Assembly (NCBI GenBank): GCA_025201805.1
Contig: MU619337.1
Location: 58,702 to 121,036 of the forward strand
Direction of reading: 5' to 3'
Length of the DNA stretch: 62,335 nt
Source of the DNA: Parasitella parasitica NRRL 2501
Taxonomy: Eukaryota > Fungi > Mucoromycota
The number at the start of each line of letters is the position of its first letter. Position 1 is the stretch's first letter. This document shows positions 24,391-36,601 of the stretch, piece by piece. The notes below the pieces were generated by a model. It was not told the origin of the DNA. It searched no databases and worked only from the letters and a program-made list of their open reading frames with translations. Made by a program: the position numbers and the translations under genes.

Positions 24391-27088
24391 CTAATGTTGC
24401 TGGTATCTCTCTCCGTTAAATTCCTCCTCTTGTTCTTCAGCAGCAGCATCATCAGCTTCTGCTTCCAAGATGGTTTCATACCCATTTCTCTTACGTCTCC
24501 ATTTCTTGACTGCCAGGAAGCCTCCTAACAATAACAATGAAATTGATGCAATCCAAATCAGGCCAACGATCACAATTGACCAGATCCAGGGCAGCCCAAA
24601 CGCACCTCTCTCAATAGGAAAAAGAACAGCATCAATTTCCATGACGCCACCGCTTCGTTCTCCTGTACTGACTCGACCCATATCCAAAACCCGTGCATGG
24701 GTACCATATGGCTGCCCCTTGACTCTAACTATAGTGCTGCCGTATCCCAACTCACGTATCACGATTTTATCACGGTTTGATAGCAACGTGTCGTAGACTT
24801 GGTCCCCCAACAAAGGATACAAAAACCAGCGTTTGCGACTCTCTGATTTAGGCACAATGTGCAATTTAGCAAGACGCACAAGCTTTTCAGTATCATTCCA
24901 AAGAGACTCCAAGTTTTCATTCTCAAATGCCCTGTCCGTTGGCGACATGATGATGCAGTCGGTCATATCTATTTCATCCAAAAGGCGGGTCTTTTTCAAA
25001 ATATTCAACATAGTGTTGGCATTGATGCCTTTCAGCAAATTATGATGTGTAATGCTGACATTTTCAGGGATTTGAAGGCGGTCAACCTTGTGAACAACGC
25101 CGTTAGAGACTAAAATATCGGATTCCTCCACGATACCATGCTCGTCGAGTTTACTGCCCTTTTCATTGTCTTGTTTGGTGCCAATCCAAACGTTACTGTC
25201 TTGGTTATTACCGTTGATGATAAGGGGTTCGTTGGAAAGAGTGGTAACCTCGAGGACGTCTCCTAACAGATCCTGATAGTAAAGAGGGCTTGTCGCAACA
25301 TGATAGCGTAGCACTGTCTGAAGATCAGCCCTACCTGAAGGATGGACCAGGTACCTAGATACTAAACCTAGATTTTTGAATGCTGTGTTGGTCGGTACAA
25401 ACAATGTAATAGCTTTTGCGTTTTTTAGTTGGTCAACAACGCCGGAGACGTATAATGTCGCTATATAAGTAGATAATTCCAGATCAATAACAAGGCTGCT
25501 GAATATATCCATAGGAGGTGTCAACGGATCTGAAACACGATATATGGCATTTCCACCGATGGACACTAGACAGCTGCTTAGTGCTACGATGGTGATTTTT
25601 TTTCCCTCTTTACACTTACGGCCATTTCCAATAACTTTAGAATGATCGCCAAACCGAATCGATTTTAATAGAGCCTGTTTGTCGTTGGCAGCGACATCTC
25701 TTCTGTCATCTCCGACTCTCACCAACAAACGTTGAGGCTGATTGGCAAGGTGAGGAGAATTGTATTCAGTTTTCAACAGCATGCGATCCATCAAATCCTG
25801 TGGTCTCCAAGCGCCTTGTGCAATATGATAGCTCAGCCATTGAACTTTTTTATTACTGGGGATATCGTCTGCGTCAAGCACTTCATTTGCTGGTGCCAAG
25901 ATGGTAACATTGTTAGTTTCTTCATCTAGGAATCTCCCTAGCCCGTATTCATCGATTAAGGATACGAACGTTGTGGCGTTCAGCCCAAAAAGATACTTTC
26001 TGGTATTAAACACAAGAGAATCTGCATACGGCAAATCATCCACGACATGCAGCACACCTAGTTGCAAAAAAATTAAACAATGGATTCTCATCATATTAGG
26101 CTCTGCAAAAAAAAAAAGGGTACCATTCGCAGCCAATACGTCTTTTTCAATAACTCTGCGCCCATTAACAAAAGCCTTCCCACCTTTTTCGACGTTTATT
26201 TTGATGTCCTCTCCTGATAGAGAGGTGTCTGATCAAAATAGCGTAAGACAATCAATGCGTAAACATGTACAGAAATAATACTTGCAAGATGTTTCGCCAC
26301 TTAGATGGTTATCAAAGTATATTGGTTTTGTGATGACAAGATACTCAATCAGCCGCTTCAGGTCCACTTGGCCGTATTCTGAAACCAAGTAGCTCTTTTC
26401 TACACGGTTGAAGCGATCCAACAGATATTTGGCTGAAACAAACGTAGTAAAAGGCCTTTCCTTTGCAATCAGCTTGTCGATGCCTGTTTTCCCCATCAAA
26501 TCATACAATTTTCCATCGTGATACTGTACAACTTGGGCTGCGCAGATGTTTTGTTAACACACTGTCTCTTTTCAGTCTTATAAAATACTCACATAATATC
26601 TTGGGAGGTTCCAGCACTTGATCAATGACATTCAAAGTGGTGTTTTTGTTCACAAAAATGTCTTTATCTTTTATTCTTGCTCCATTTACACGGAAGAACG
26701 TATCAAATTTCTCGGTAATTTTCAACCTCTGGCCTGTTTCCTCAGTCCCTAAAAATCCAGGTCGAATATAACTAGACTCCAAGACTTGGCCATTCTCAAA
26801 ATCAGTTGTCGAGTACTGTCGAGGCAATAAATGGTACAACAAGACCTCTTGAGTGATGTTCTGGCCTTGATACTTTTTAAATGCTGTGTTGTCTGGAGCG
26901 AAAAAAGTACCTGCTTCCAGATTGTTTATCTTGGGTATTAGCCGAGTGAGCTGAAGGTGGTGGATAAGAGTTGAGAAGCGTGTGTCTTCTGATAGGACGT
27001 CAATAATTGTTTTGTATGCTTCTGTGCCTACGCTGCATGTCAGCAGAAGCAAAAAGAGTGGCAATGATAATAGCTTTATGCTGATCAT
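24391..27088 (-). CDS. Multi-FAS1 (fasciclin) type-I membrane/cell-surface protein, multi-exon
   Basis: Signal peptide; repeated FAS1 H1/H2 motifs (TFFAPDNTAF, TILAPANE, TLFVPTNTAF, VSNGVVHKVD, GVMEIDAVL); C-terminal TM helix followed by KKWRRKR and a YETI tail. Confidence 0.88.
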
Positions 27089-27384
27089 TTTGCAACTTTA
27101 ATCAGAAAACAAAACGTATACTGTGTCAGCCCTAATACCATAATAGTAATGATATCCAAATTCCGGAGAGTCACTTCTTGCCGGATATTCGTGATACCCG
27201 TTGTTCCAACATAGGGTATCAAAGCATCAATTTACTACTCCAGATTTAATTTGTTCAGGTCGAAATTGACAAAAAAGAGACTTTATACATCTATCCAACC
27301 CCCCCCCCCCCGATATTATGCTTATAAAACTAGGCGATTCTGCTTTAATTAAGCGTTTAATGTGAGAAAATATATCAAGTAAAT

Positions 27385-30118
27385 TTAAAGCTTGTCGTTG
27401 TAAATATTTTCCGTAGGAAGTACTTTCAAATCCTTTCTTTTACGGATAGCGGCGACAATCTTGCCAACCTTGTCTTCAGGATCAAAGACATTACCTTGCA
27501 TGGTCTGATAATGATCAAAGACAGCTTGAGGGAAGGCTTGACCACCAGTGGCAGCACGAAGATCAGCAGTAAAGCCGAAAGATTCATTTACAGGCAAGTA
27601 CGCTTTGACGGTCATCATAGGAGTGCCAATCTTTTGCTCTTCACTGAATACTTGACCACGACGTCTGTTAAGACAAGAGTATATACCACCAATAGCAGAA
27701 TCGGGACATTGGATCTCGACAAGGTACACGGGTTCTTGAATAGTTGGTTTGGACTCGTACATGCAAGCATACACTACACTACGAAGAGGAAGAATAATTT
27801 GGTTACCACCACGATGGATAGCATCAGCGTGAAGAGTGGCATCTACAAGATTAAAGCGACATCCACGAACTTCCTCCTCAGCAATGGGTCCAAACTTGGT
27901 GGCCAAATGGAAACCAGCAGCACAACTATCCTTAATTTCACCGAGATATTGGACTTGCTTGGTAGTGTCAACCAAAAGATTAGGACCGGTGCCATCAGGA
28001 CCAAAACACCAGATTTTACGAGCTTCAGTAACATCCCAACTGTATTTATCAGCAAGTTTACGAGCACGTTCCTTAAAATCGTCGCTAGCAGCGATTTTAC
28101 CATCCTCGATTTCATTACAGAGATCATCTGCCAAGGGTGCAGAATTCATGTAAAGACGGTTGTGCTTGTTGGCAGACTTTGAAAGACATTTTTGCTCATC
28201 TCCCATAGCCTCAGTGATGGTCTCGCGGTATGGAACAACAGGGTCACCAGTTTTAAGAGGGACTTGAGCGTGATCTTCCTCAAGATCTTTCAAGCAAATT
28301 TCGAGATGAAGTTCACCAGCGCCGGCAACAATGTGCTCACCATTGGGGGAGGTAAAAGTAAGAACGCAAGGATCAGATTTGGCAAGACGTTTAAGACCTT
28401 CAACAAGCTTGGGAAGATCGTTAGCATTCTTGACCTCAACAGCGACCTGGACGACAGGAGAGACTGAGAACTTCATGACCTTCATGTTGTGAGCAACTTC
28501 GGATGTAGTAATAGTACCAGTCTTGACCAAGTATTGATCGACACCAACAAGACCAATAATGTTACCTGCGGGACAATCATCAATAGCTTCGATGTTACGA
28601 CCCATCATAAGAACAGTACGTTGGATTGATTTGACGGAAAGATCGCTCTTTTTACCAGGAACGTAATTGGGGCCTTGAATACGGACCTTCATACCACCCT
28701 TGACGGTACCAGAGAAGACACGACCAAAAGCGTAGAAACGTCCCTTATCAGATGTAGGAACCATCTTGGAGACGTAAAGCATAAGAGGACCATTAGGGTC
28801 ACATTTCTTGATACCAAGAGCACATTCATCGTCTTCAGGACCTTCGTACAATTGTGCGCAACGATAAGCTTGAGATGTAACTGGAGAGGGAAGATGGACA
28901 CAGATCATCTCCAACAAGGCATCACCAGCAGGCAAAAACTTGCGCATAACAACCTTGAGGAGAGCCTTACCTTCCAAATCTTTTTCTTCAGTAGCAAGAG
29001 TAATTTCCAATTTGGGTAAAAGTGCATTTGTTTGTTCCTTCTTGAAATTCATGATACTATCGAACACACGATAAATAGGATCCAAAACAAACATGTTGAA
29101 GGCACGTTCGAGTTCTTTGCCGTTAGCATCAGTAGACTTGGTGGTCCATTTTTTGGTGCTGGGGTTAAAGTAATTCTCACCCCAAAGCTTGCCCATCATC
29201 TTTTTTTTATCAACACCAAATTTCTTGGCGTAACGACTGGCAAATTGACTAAGAGTAAAGCCCCAACCATGAAGACCTGAAGCAAAAGATACGGTACCTT
29301 TCTCAGGGTAGACTTGACAATCACCAAGAGCTTCGTCAACATAGGTGGAAATGATAACGTTTACGGATTCGATGGTACGAGAGAAAGAGTTGTAAAGCTC
29401 TTCCTTGTCCAATTGGAGTTCGAGAAGTGCACGATCAACCTTATTAAGACAGATAACAGGCTTGATACGTTCGTTCAAAGCTTGACGCAAGACAGTCTCG
29501 GTTTGAACACAGACACCATCAATACAATCAACAACAACGAGAGCGCCATCGGTAACACGAAGAGCAGCAGTAACTTCAGAAGAGAAATCAACGTGACCAG
29601 GAGAATCAATCAAGTTAATCAAGAAAGCCTTGCCGTTAGTCTTTTCTTTGACTTCCGGGAGATCTTCTTCTTTCATTTCAAAGTACATGGAAATAGCAGT
29701 GGACTTGATAGTAATACCACGCTCTTGTTCATCCTTACGGGTATCCATGAAACGAGCATCACCAGCGCGACCGGAAGAGATAATACCAGCCTTGGCAACC
29801 AAGGAATCAGTCAAGGTAGACTTGCCGTGATCGACGTGAGCAATGACGGACATGTTACGAACATTGGTAACCTTGTCCATCAAACCACGGATTTCTTCAA
29901 TAGTGAAATTCTAATTCAAACAGTTTAAGTATATAATCGCATGAAAACATGATGGGCTGAGGATACTTACAACTAGAGGATGTCAGGTTGCGGATGATAA
30001 AGAGAAGCAGAAATAAGACATTAGTATCGATGCATCTACTGCTCGAATGTCCACATCCATCTGTTGAACAGACGGATGGATAGCACATTCTGGTAATTGT
30101 TCTATATACATTACCCAT
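27385..30118 (-). CDS. EFT2: Eukaryotic translation elongation factor 2 (divergent domain IV/V); coding exons 30118-30115, 29972-29971, 29910-27385
   Basis: Splicing gives [16 protein letters not shown]1 [29 protein letters not shown], diphthamide His in HADAIHRG, C-terminus ..YNDKL; about 843 aa. Confidence 0.97.
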
Positions 30119-30813
30119 TTTCGCTTGTTGTTAAAGTGAAGAGAAGGATCTGTTCTGTTACAAAAACTCAAGTTGGGCTTTTATTCACTTTCGGGTAATT
30201 AAAAATTTTTTTCAACGTGGCGTTATTATTTTTGAAACAATTCTTTCCCTATCAAAAATGCTGGTAACAATTTTACTTGATCAATAAGAACGGGCTCAGT
30301 TTAATGAATATAAAGTTGACACTGCTAAAATCCATGAAACTTTCACAGTAGGATCATCATAAATATCAAGTTCAGCAAAAAGGTAATGTTGGCAAATCTT
30401 TGACTACTAGAGGCTCCACATTTGAGGGCTTGGTAGGACTAGCATTGCGCATTTACCACAGAGCATACTGCATAAAAATAGTTTCAAGTACTTCACACTT
30501 TGCAAATCAACTCTACAGAGTAATTGTTTTTTTATTTCAAGCAACTATATCTACAAATATTATCGAGACCATTGCACCACGATGCTATCCATAGTCAAAG
30601 AGACAGTCAATGATTCTCGTGAACCTATAGACTATTGTCTTTGTATAGTATAAACACCAAAAGCTGATCGACGCAACAAAACGCATACAAAAAGAAGCTA
30701 ATTGACATGACGGAAGCAATTTTCGATAATTTACAGGCATGATCTCCTCATTTTCACCTATTAATGAGCGTCATGTATTTTGTTTCTTTCTTTTGTTTTC
30801 AGCATTCAGACAA

Positions 30814-31481
30814 ATGTTGCATCCAAAACCAAGGGCAAGATGCCATTCTTGCCCTGCCTACATACATTCAGAATTGGTAAATGGCTTAACAGCAGAGAAT
30901 TTAAATGTGCATAACGCCTTGCATAGTGTAAGCACCGGACTGTTTCTTGTAAATGTTCATCTACTGATGTGCTTGTTATTATGTATACACAGTGTGATGA
31001 TATTGGTAATGACAAGGTATATATCGATCAAATGGTGAACACTTTTGTGGATGCTCAGTCGCAAATCATACAAAGAGAAATATTTCTCAGCTGTTATAAT
31101 CGTACGCAGTGTCAATCTATTGTGGTATTAGAACACAGTAGCGTCAATCCCTTATCAACAACAAGTCTACTTGTTCAGAAGCTGGAGGAGCTCAAGGAGC
31201 CCAAAAAGACGTACCAGGAATTACAGCAAGACTATGACCAAGAGAAAATGGCATTAGTGATGCAAGGGTTGAGTGTCACTGGAGCTCTTTTATCATCAAC
31301 GTTCTCGCTAGCTGCGAATCCCAACCAAGAAATTAAAATGACGAAAAAATCAAGGCTATTTGTGCCAAAAAGAGATAAATTTGCATTCGCTGCATACAGA
31401 TATCCCAAGACAATTGACATTCACAGTTTAAGATTACTTGCGATTCGATTTCTTGCGAATCTCTGTCCAAATAATAGTTGA
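30814..31481 (+). CDS. Uncharacterised protein, 2 exons
   Basis: MLHPKPRARCHSCPAY..NALHS, then a gtaagc..cacag intron, then CDDIGNDKVYIDQM..FAFAAYRYPK; the junction is in frame. No family recognised. Confidence 0.6.
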
Positions 31482-31585
31482 TTTAGCTTTGCTTGTATAT
31501 GTATATAAAAAACAAATCTATAAATCTCTCTCTCTCTCTCTTTCTTTTATAATGTTATTGATTACTTTTTTTTTTCTAGTTCTGT

Positions 31586-33420
31586 CTACATTCCTAATAA
31601 TCCACTGAACTGGCTTGCGTATTGCATAGGTTTTACGGAAGGATGAGGCTAGATATAAATAAGTAAAAANNNNNNNNNNAAAAAAAAAAAAAAAAAAAAA
31701 AAAAAGTGGTTAATTGAGCTTTGCAATTATCGATAAAATTAGATACTCACAACAGCCGAGAAAGTAATGTAGTCCTTCTTCAAATCAGGTGTAATGTTAA
31801 TTAGCGCGCCCTTATTTCCAACAGTGTCACAGTAATTAGGAGCCGAGAACACAGTGACGCATTTGCCGTCATGTTCAATAACATATCCATCCTCCTTGAC
31901 CTCATGGCTACGAATGACCATTTCCAAACCATTGGTCTCCAAGAAATTCTTGGTCACATCAGGGCCAAATTGAATGCCTACGCCACGTTTACTGGCAGAT
32001 CTGCCTTGTTCAGGTTGAGGATCAGACCATAAAAGTTCACACATAAGTCCATCACTTCCAGGTTGGCCTTGGCCGATGCGGTCAATCTTTCGAATCTCAT
32101 CCAAAGTGACATTATCACGACTAAACAAGCCACCATGAGTGACAAAAATCTTGTTTTCAATTACATGTGCTAAAGGCAGCGCATTGAACGTCTCTGAAAA
32201 CAAATTAAACATCATGTCACTGAATTTAGCCTTCACTTCGCCTTCAAACCCATACACCTTGTTCATGTTGTCTGTTTCGTGATTACCACGAGCCAAAAAC
32301 AGGTGGTTGGGATAAAGGCATTTATAAGCAAACAGCGTCAGAATAACTTCGACAGAAAAAGATCCACGATCCACAAAATCACCGTTGAATAAATAAGCGT
32401 GCTTCTCGGATGGGTAGCCGTTGGTTTCGAAAATGTTGATAAAGTCGTAGAATTGGCCGTGCACATCACCACATACTGTCAGCTTGCCATCTGAGGGGAT
32501 TTTAACGTCGACAAGGGAGGGCGCATCCATCATAAATTTGCGAACGGCCAATACAACCTAGCATGATTATTTCAGCTTTGTCTATTCTGCCCACCTATTT
32601 CCTGCCTACAAACTCACCATAAATGCGTATTTCTTGTGGATCTTCTTCTGGTCCTTGAAATGCTGCACTAAAGATTTTATGAATGGTAAATCAACCTCTT
32701 TAGTTTCATCATTGATTTTGGGTCCATCATAAGATGCATCGACAGCTAATAGCGTAAAAAGTGAGTAAAAATATTTGCAATGTCAAAAAAGCCAACTTAC
32801 ATATGGTGTCAACATCCAACTTGGATGCAACGCTCTGCTTTTGTTCGTTGTTCTCGATAGCTTTTTCAAAATCGATTCTTCGTACAATCTTTGCGCATTC
32901 TTCATATTTTGACTTGGCATCTTTGTCGCTAGGTGCACGTTTCGACACAATTTTCAAATCCTTCAAGGCTTCTTTAAAGTTTCCTAGCGCCATATTGGCA
33001 GAAGCGCGACGGTAATTTGCCTACGAGTCAGTTAGCTGGCTGCCTGGCTGGAGCGGCTGCTGCCATGTTACCTTTGTAAAGTTGGGATCCATTTTCAATG
33101 CCAAGTTGGAGTCACTAATGGTTGAACAATGTCAAAATCATACAGACATGGACCAAATGACATACATACGCAATAGCATAGCCATATGACTCCATCTTCA
33201 AATGACAAAACGCACGATTTGTATAGTAAGAAGCTACATTGGAGTTAATTTCAATGGCTTCAGTGTATTTCTCAATAGCAGCAGGAAAACGTTTTTCTGT
33301 GAAATACGTTAATACTAGGGTACATTTTTGAAGTCGCTAATATTCACCTCTGAAACACACATTAGCCTCATTCTTGATCTCCTCTGCTTTAGCTTTAAGC
33401 TCTTCTGTGATGACTGTCAT
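31586..33420 (-). CDS. PPT1: Serine/threonine protein phosphatase 5 (TPR + PPP catalytic domain), multi-exon
   Basis: N-terminal TPRs (AEEIKNEAN; [19 protein letters not shown]); PPP motifs GDVHG, GDFVDRG, RGNHE, HGGLF, RSHE, FSAPNYC; C-terminus [14 protein letters not shown]. Confidence 0.95.
31670..31679. other. Small assembly gap inside a poly-A tract of the last PP5 intron
   Basis: 10 N flanked by A runs. Confidence 0.95.
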
Positions 33421-33999
33421 TACCAAGATATTGCGAATTGAAAAAGAGGAAAGAAATGAATACAAAAAAAAGGGGGTTCGATTACATACTATCAAATTGT
33501 AAAAAAAAAAAAAAAAAATTACAACTACGAGAACCTTGTCCAATCACATATAACATTAGCTTTTTGTTATATTCATCTGTGTTGATGAATGTGCGTATAC
33601 ATGTAAAAGTTTGGATTGAATGTAGAAGGATAGAGTCAAGCAATCAATTCACAAGAAGAAAAAAAAAGCTCCTGCATTTCAGAGAAAATGTTGGGCAGAA
33701 AAAGCTTAAAAAACTCCTATAAAATGTGCAAAATTTCATGGATTATATTTGGTTACTCACGAAACGGGCCATGCTTATTTAATATTTTTTCTTTTTTCCA
33801 CACTCGTTCTCTTTCTTTCTGTTCTTTCTTATCTTTGCTAATCAATAGTATCCGCAGTTAATTTTTTTTCCCTGTAGTCTGAAATTACTGTGTATCTTTG
33901 AAAAATTATTCTGCGTGGGTAATCAAAGGAGAGAAGAGAAAGGCAAGTCGTAAGATGCTATTCATCATGTTGGAGGTTAACTGTTGTTTGTTATTCCAG

Positions 34000-36520
34000 A
34001 TGACTGTACCTAATATTGAGCCAAAAATTCAAGCAAAAGATGAGCATGCAGCAGCAGCTGAAGAGCGTATACCTGTAGCTGTTAATTACAGCAAAAAAGA
34101 GTTCAATAGAAAGAAACACCATCACTACAACAAAAACAACAACAACAACAACAACAGCAACAGAACGAGAGCAAATTACACCAAGTACAACAATAGTAAT
34201 CGAGATGACTACTCGCGATACTATCCAAATCAGCCAACAAAGCCTGATTATCCAATGCCCTATGTCTACTACTACCCCGCATCAACCATCTACTATCCCT
34301 CAATTGACCAGAACGCAAATAGTGCTGCTGCTACCATTCCTGCTACGCGTGACGATGAAGATTTAGAAATCATTGTGCATGATGAAAGCATGAATAATGT
34401 AAGCTCTGTAGACACCAGAAGATCCTCAAGCTCCGATCAAAGTAAAGGCATTTACAGCGTTATGCTGACATCAATAGACTCACAGCTACTACATAGATAA
34501 ACCCATCGATTTGAAAAAGCAATTGGAATTCTACTTTTCCAGGTAAAGTGGGCATGAGCGTGAAAATGATGACAATACAAAAGATCTAATATACCCACTA
34601 CCACAGACAAAATCTAGTCAATGATACTTTCTTGGGTAAGTAAAGTTGATTTACATCGACCTAACAAGTTATTTAATCTTCTATTCAATTAGTCTCGCAA
34701 ATGGATTCTGAGCTATACGTCCCAATATCACTTGTAGCCAATTTTAGGCGTGTCCGTGAATGGACAACTGATTTGCCTCTAATCATTCAAACACTACGAG
34801 ACTCTTCGGCAGTCACTGTTGATGAATCAGGAACCAAAGTAAAACCTAATTTATCAGTGCAACGAAATACAGTCATTTTAAGAGATGTGCCCGAATGCAC
34901 GCGAGATGAAATTGAGGAATTACTGAAAGAGCTGAACTCACCTCCTGTCCAATCGATAAAGCAAGACACTGGGAATATGTGGTATTTCACTTTTGAATCA
35001 GAAGATGATGCTTTGAAACTATTGCATAGTGTTCGGGGAAAGTCATTCAAATGTCAGGCAATTGCTGCAAGAATGAAATCTGAACCAGCGTTACAAGTGT
35101 GAGTCTTGTGTTTGTTTTGTTTATCCCCAGGTTGATTTTTGCTGATAACTTTTTAATGCAGCCAAAGCCGTACTTCCGCTGCTGCGGCTTCTAATACTCC
35201 TTTTACAAATCAAAATATTAAAGCAGAAGAACAACAGGATCAAATGGCAACCAGCACATCGCAACTGCCACCGGTACTCTTGCCTGAGATTCTGCCCATG
35301 TATACATATCCCAGCAATGGTGTCAACTATTACTATCCTTCTTTTCTGCCACATAACCATAACAGTAAGCGAGCAAATTATGGACAACAGGCATTTCGGT
35401 ATAACAATGGCAACAGCCAACAGCAGCAGCAACAACAACAAAAGTACAACACTAGCCACCATCAGCACTATCAGCACTATCAGCAGCAGTTTGCAACTAG
35501 GACTGAAGGCAGATACACCCATGAAAATCAGAGAAATTTTCAAGCAGGCGGTCGATCACCACATGCTGGACAGAATAAACCAAGATACCATCGACATGAA
35601 TCCGTATCAAGTGCCACCGGAAGTGTAGCTACAGACAGCGTAGAAACTGGGATGAGTAACCTAGGATTGAATGAATCTCAAAGACAACAAAAATCTACAT
35701 ACCAAAGACACCAGCCTCCCTATCAGAATAACAAATATCAGCATCAGCAAAATAGCCATACCAAAAACCACAACAGATTTCCCAACAGCAATACTAATCA
35801 ATCTTCTCATCGAACAACCAATATTACATATATTAATACTACTACTACAAAGCAAAGTTATACGAAACAGGATACGAATGCTAATCTTGCCACAAACAAT
35901 AATAGAAACCAAGCCCTCAGTGGTGAGCAGCTCACACTGCCACGAAAAGCCCATCATCAGCAGCAGCCACTCCAACAACCACAGCAGCAACGAAATAATA
36001 TCAAGAAAGGTCGTTATAGTAATAGCCAACAGCACGAATCCGATTCAAATATACATTATGCAGGTGGAGGTAAAATAGATAACAAAAAAAAGAAAGGCAG
36101 CAACAAGTCTGCTTACGAGTCCAAAGAGAAAGAACAAGGTAAAATGAAAAGAGCCTTTTTTGAATGCTGACTGTGTGTACCAACTCTTTTATAGTTGAAT
36201 TGAAGCCAACTCATTTCCCTCCACTGCCAAACCAACAGCCAACGCCATCCTCGCCAACACTGGTAGAAACAGCAGCAGCAGCAGCAAAAGAATCATCGCT
36301 CACACCACCGACCAGATCTGCAGCAGAAATTGTTAAATCAACCGTTGTTGCTAGACCCAAAAAGCCTATTACAGTAGCAGAAACACCTAAAAACTCAGCA
36401 CCAAAAGTAGAAGCATCTACTAACGAGGATGAGCAAAAACCGCAAATCTTCACCAAGGAAACACCACCTACCACTACACCTTTTAGCTATGCCGACGCTT
36501 TAAAGAAGAAAGACAATTAA
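34000..36520 (+). CDS. La-related RNA-binding protein (La motif + RRM, LARP4-like), multi-exon
   Basis: Spliced La motif LKKQLEFYFSR|QNLVNDTFL|VSQMDSELYVPISLVANFRRV, RRM (RNTVILRDVP..NMWYFTFESEDDA), Q/N-rich middle, and C-terminal LKPTHFPPLP and FSYADALKK motifs. Confidence 0.85.
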
Positions 36521-36601
36521 AAACCTATTCTATTTTTTTTTTTTTTTTCCTCAATGAATTGTTTCACAATAAAATTGATCCTTGTTTTGTCTTCATGTTG
36601 T

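Noticed and set aside
29735-29760. eEF2 has Met at the Thr56 phosphorylation position (RFMDTR)
   Set aside because: As I recall, RFMDTR is common among fungal eEF2s, so it is not evidence that this copy is special.
27496-29928. Long plus-strand ORFs (228 aa, 204 aa and others) antisense to eEF2
   Set aside because: They are shadow ORFs expected from the strong codon bias of a highly expressed gene and show no protein-like motifs.
33898-33999. N-terminal extension of the LARP ORF, or a GC-AG 5' UTR intron (AG|GCAAGT at 33943)
   Set aside because: The region looks like a UTR intron ending at the CAG before ATG 34000, but an ordinary GT donor at 33950 explains it equally well; this cannot be decided without cDNA.
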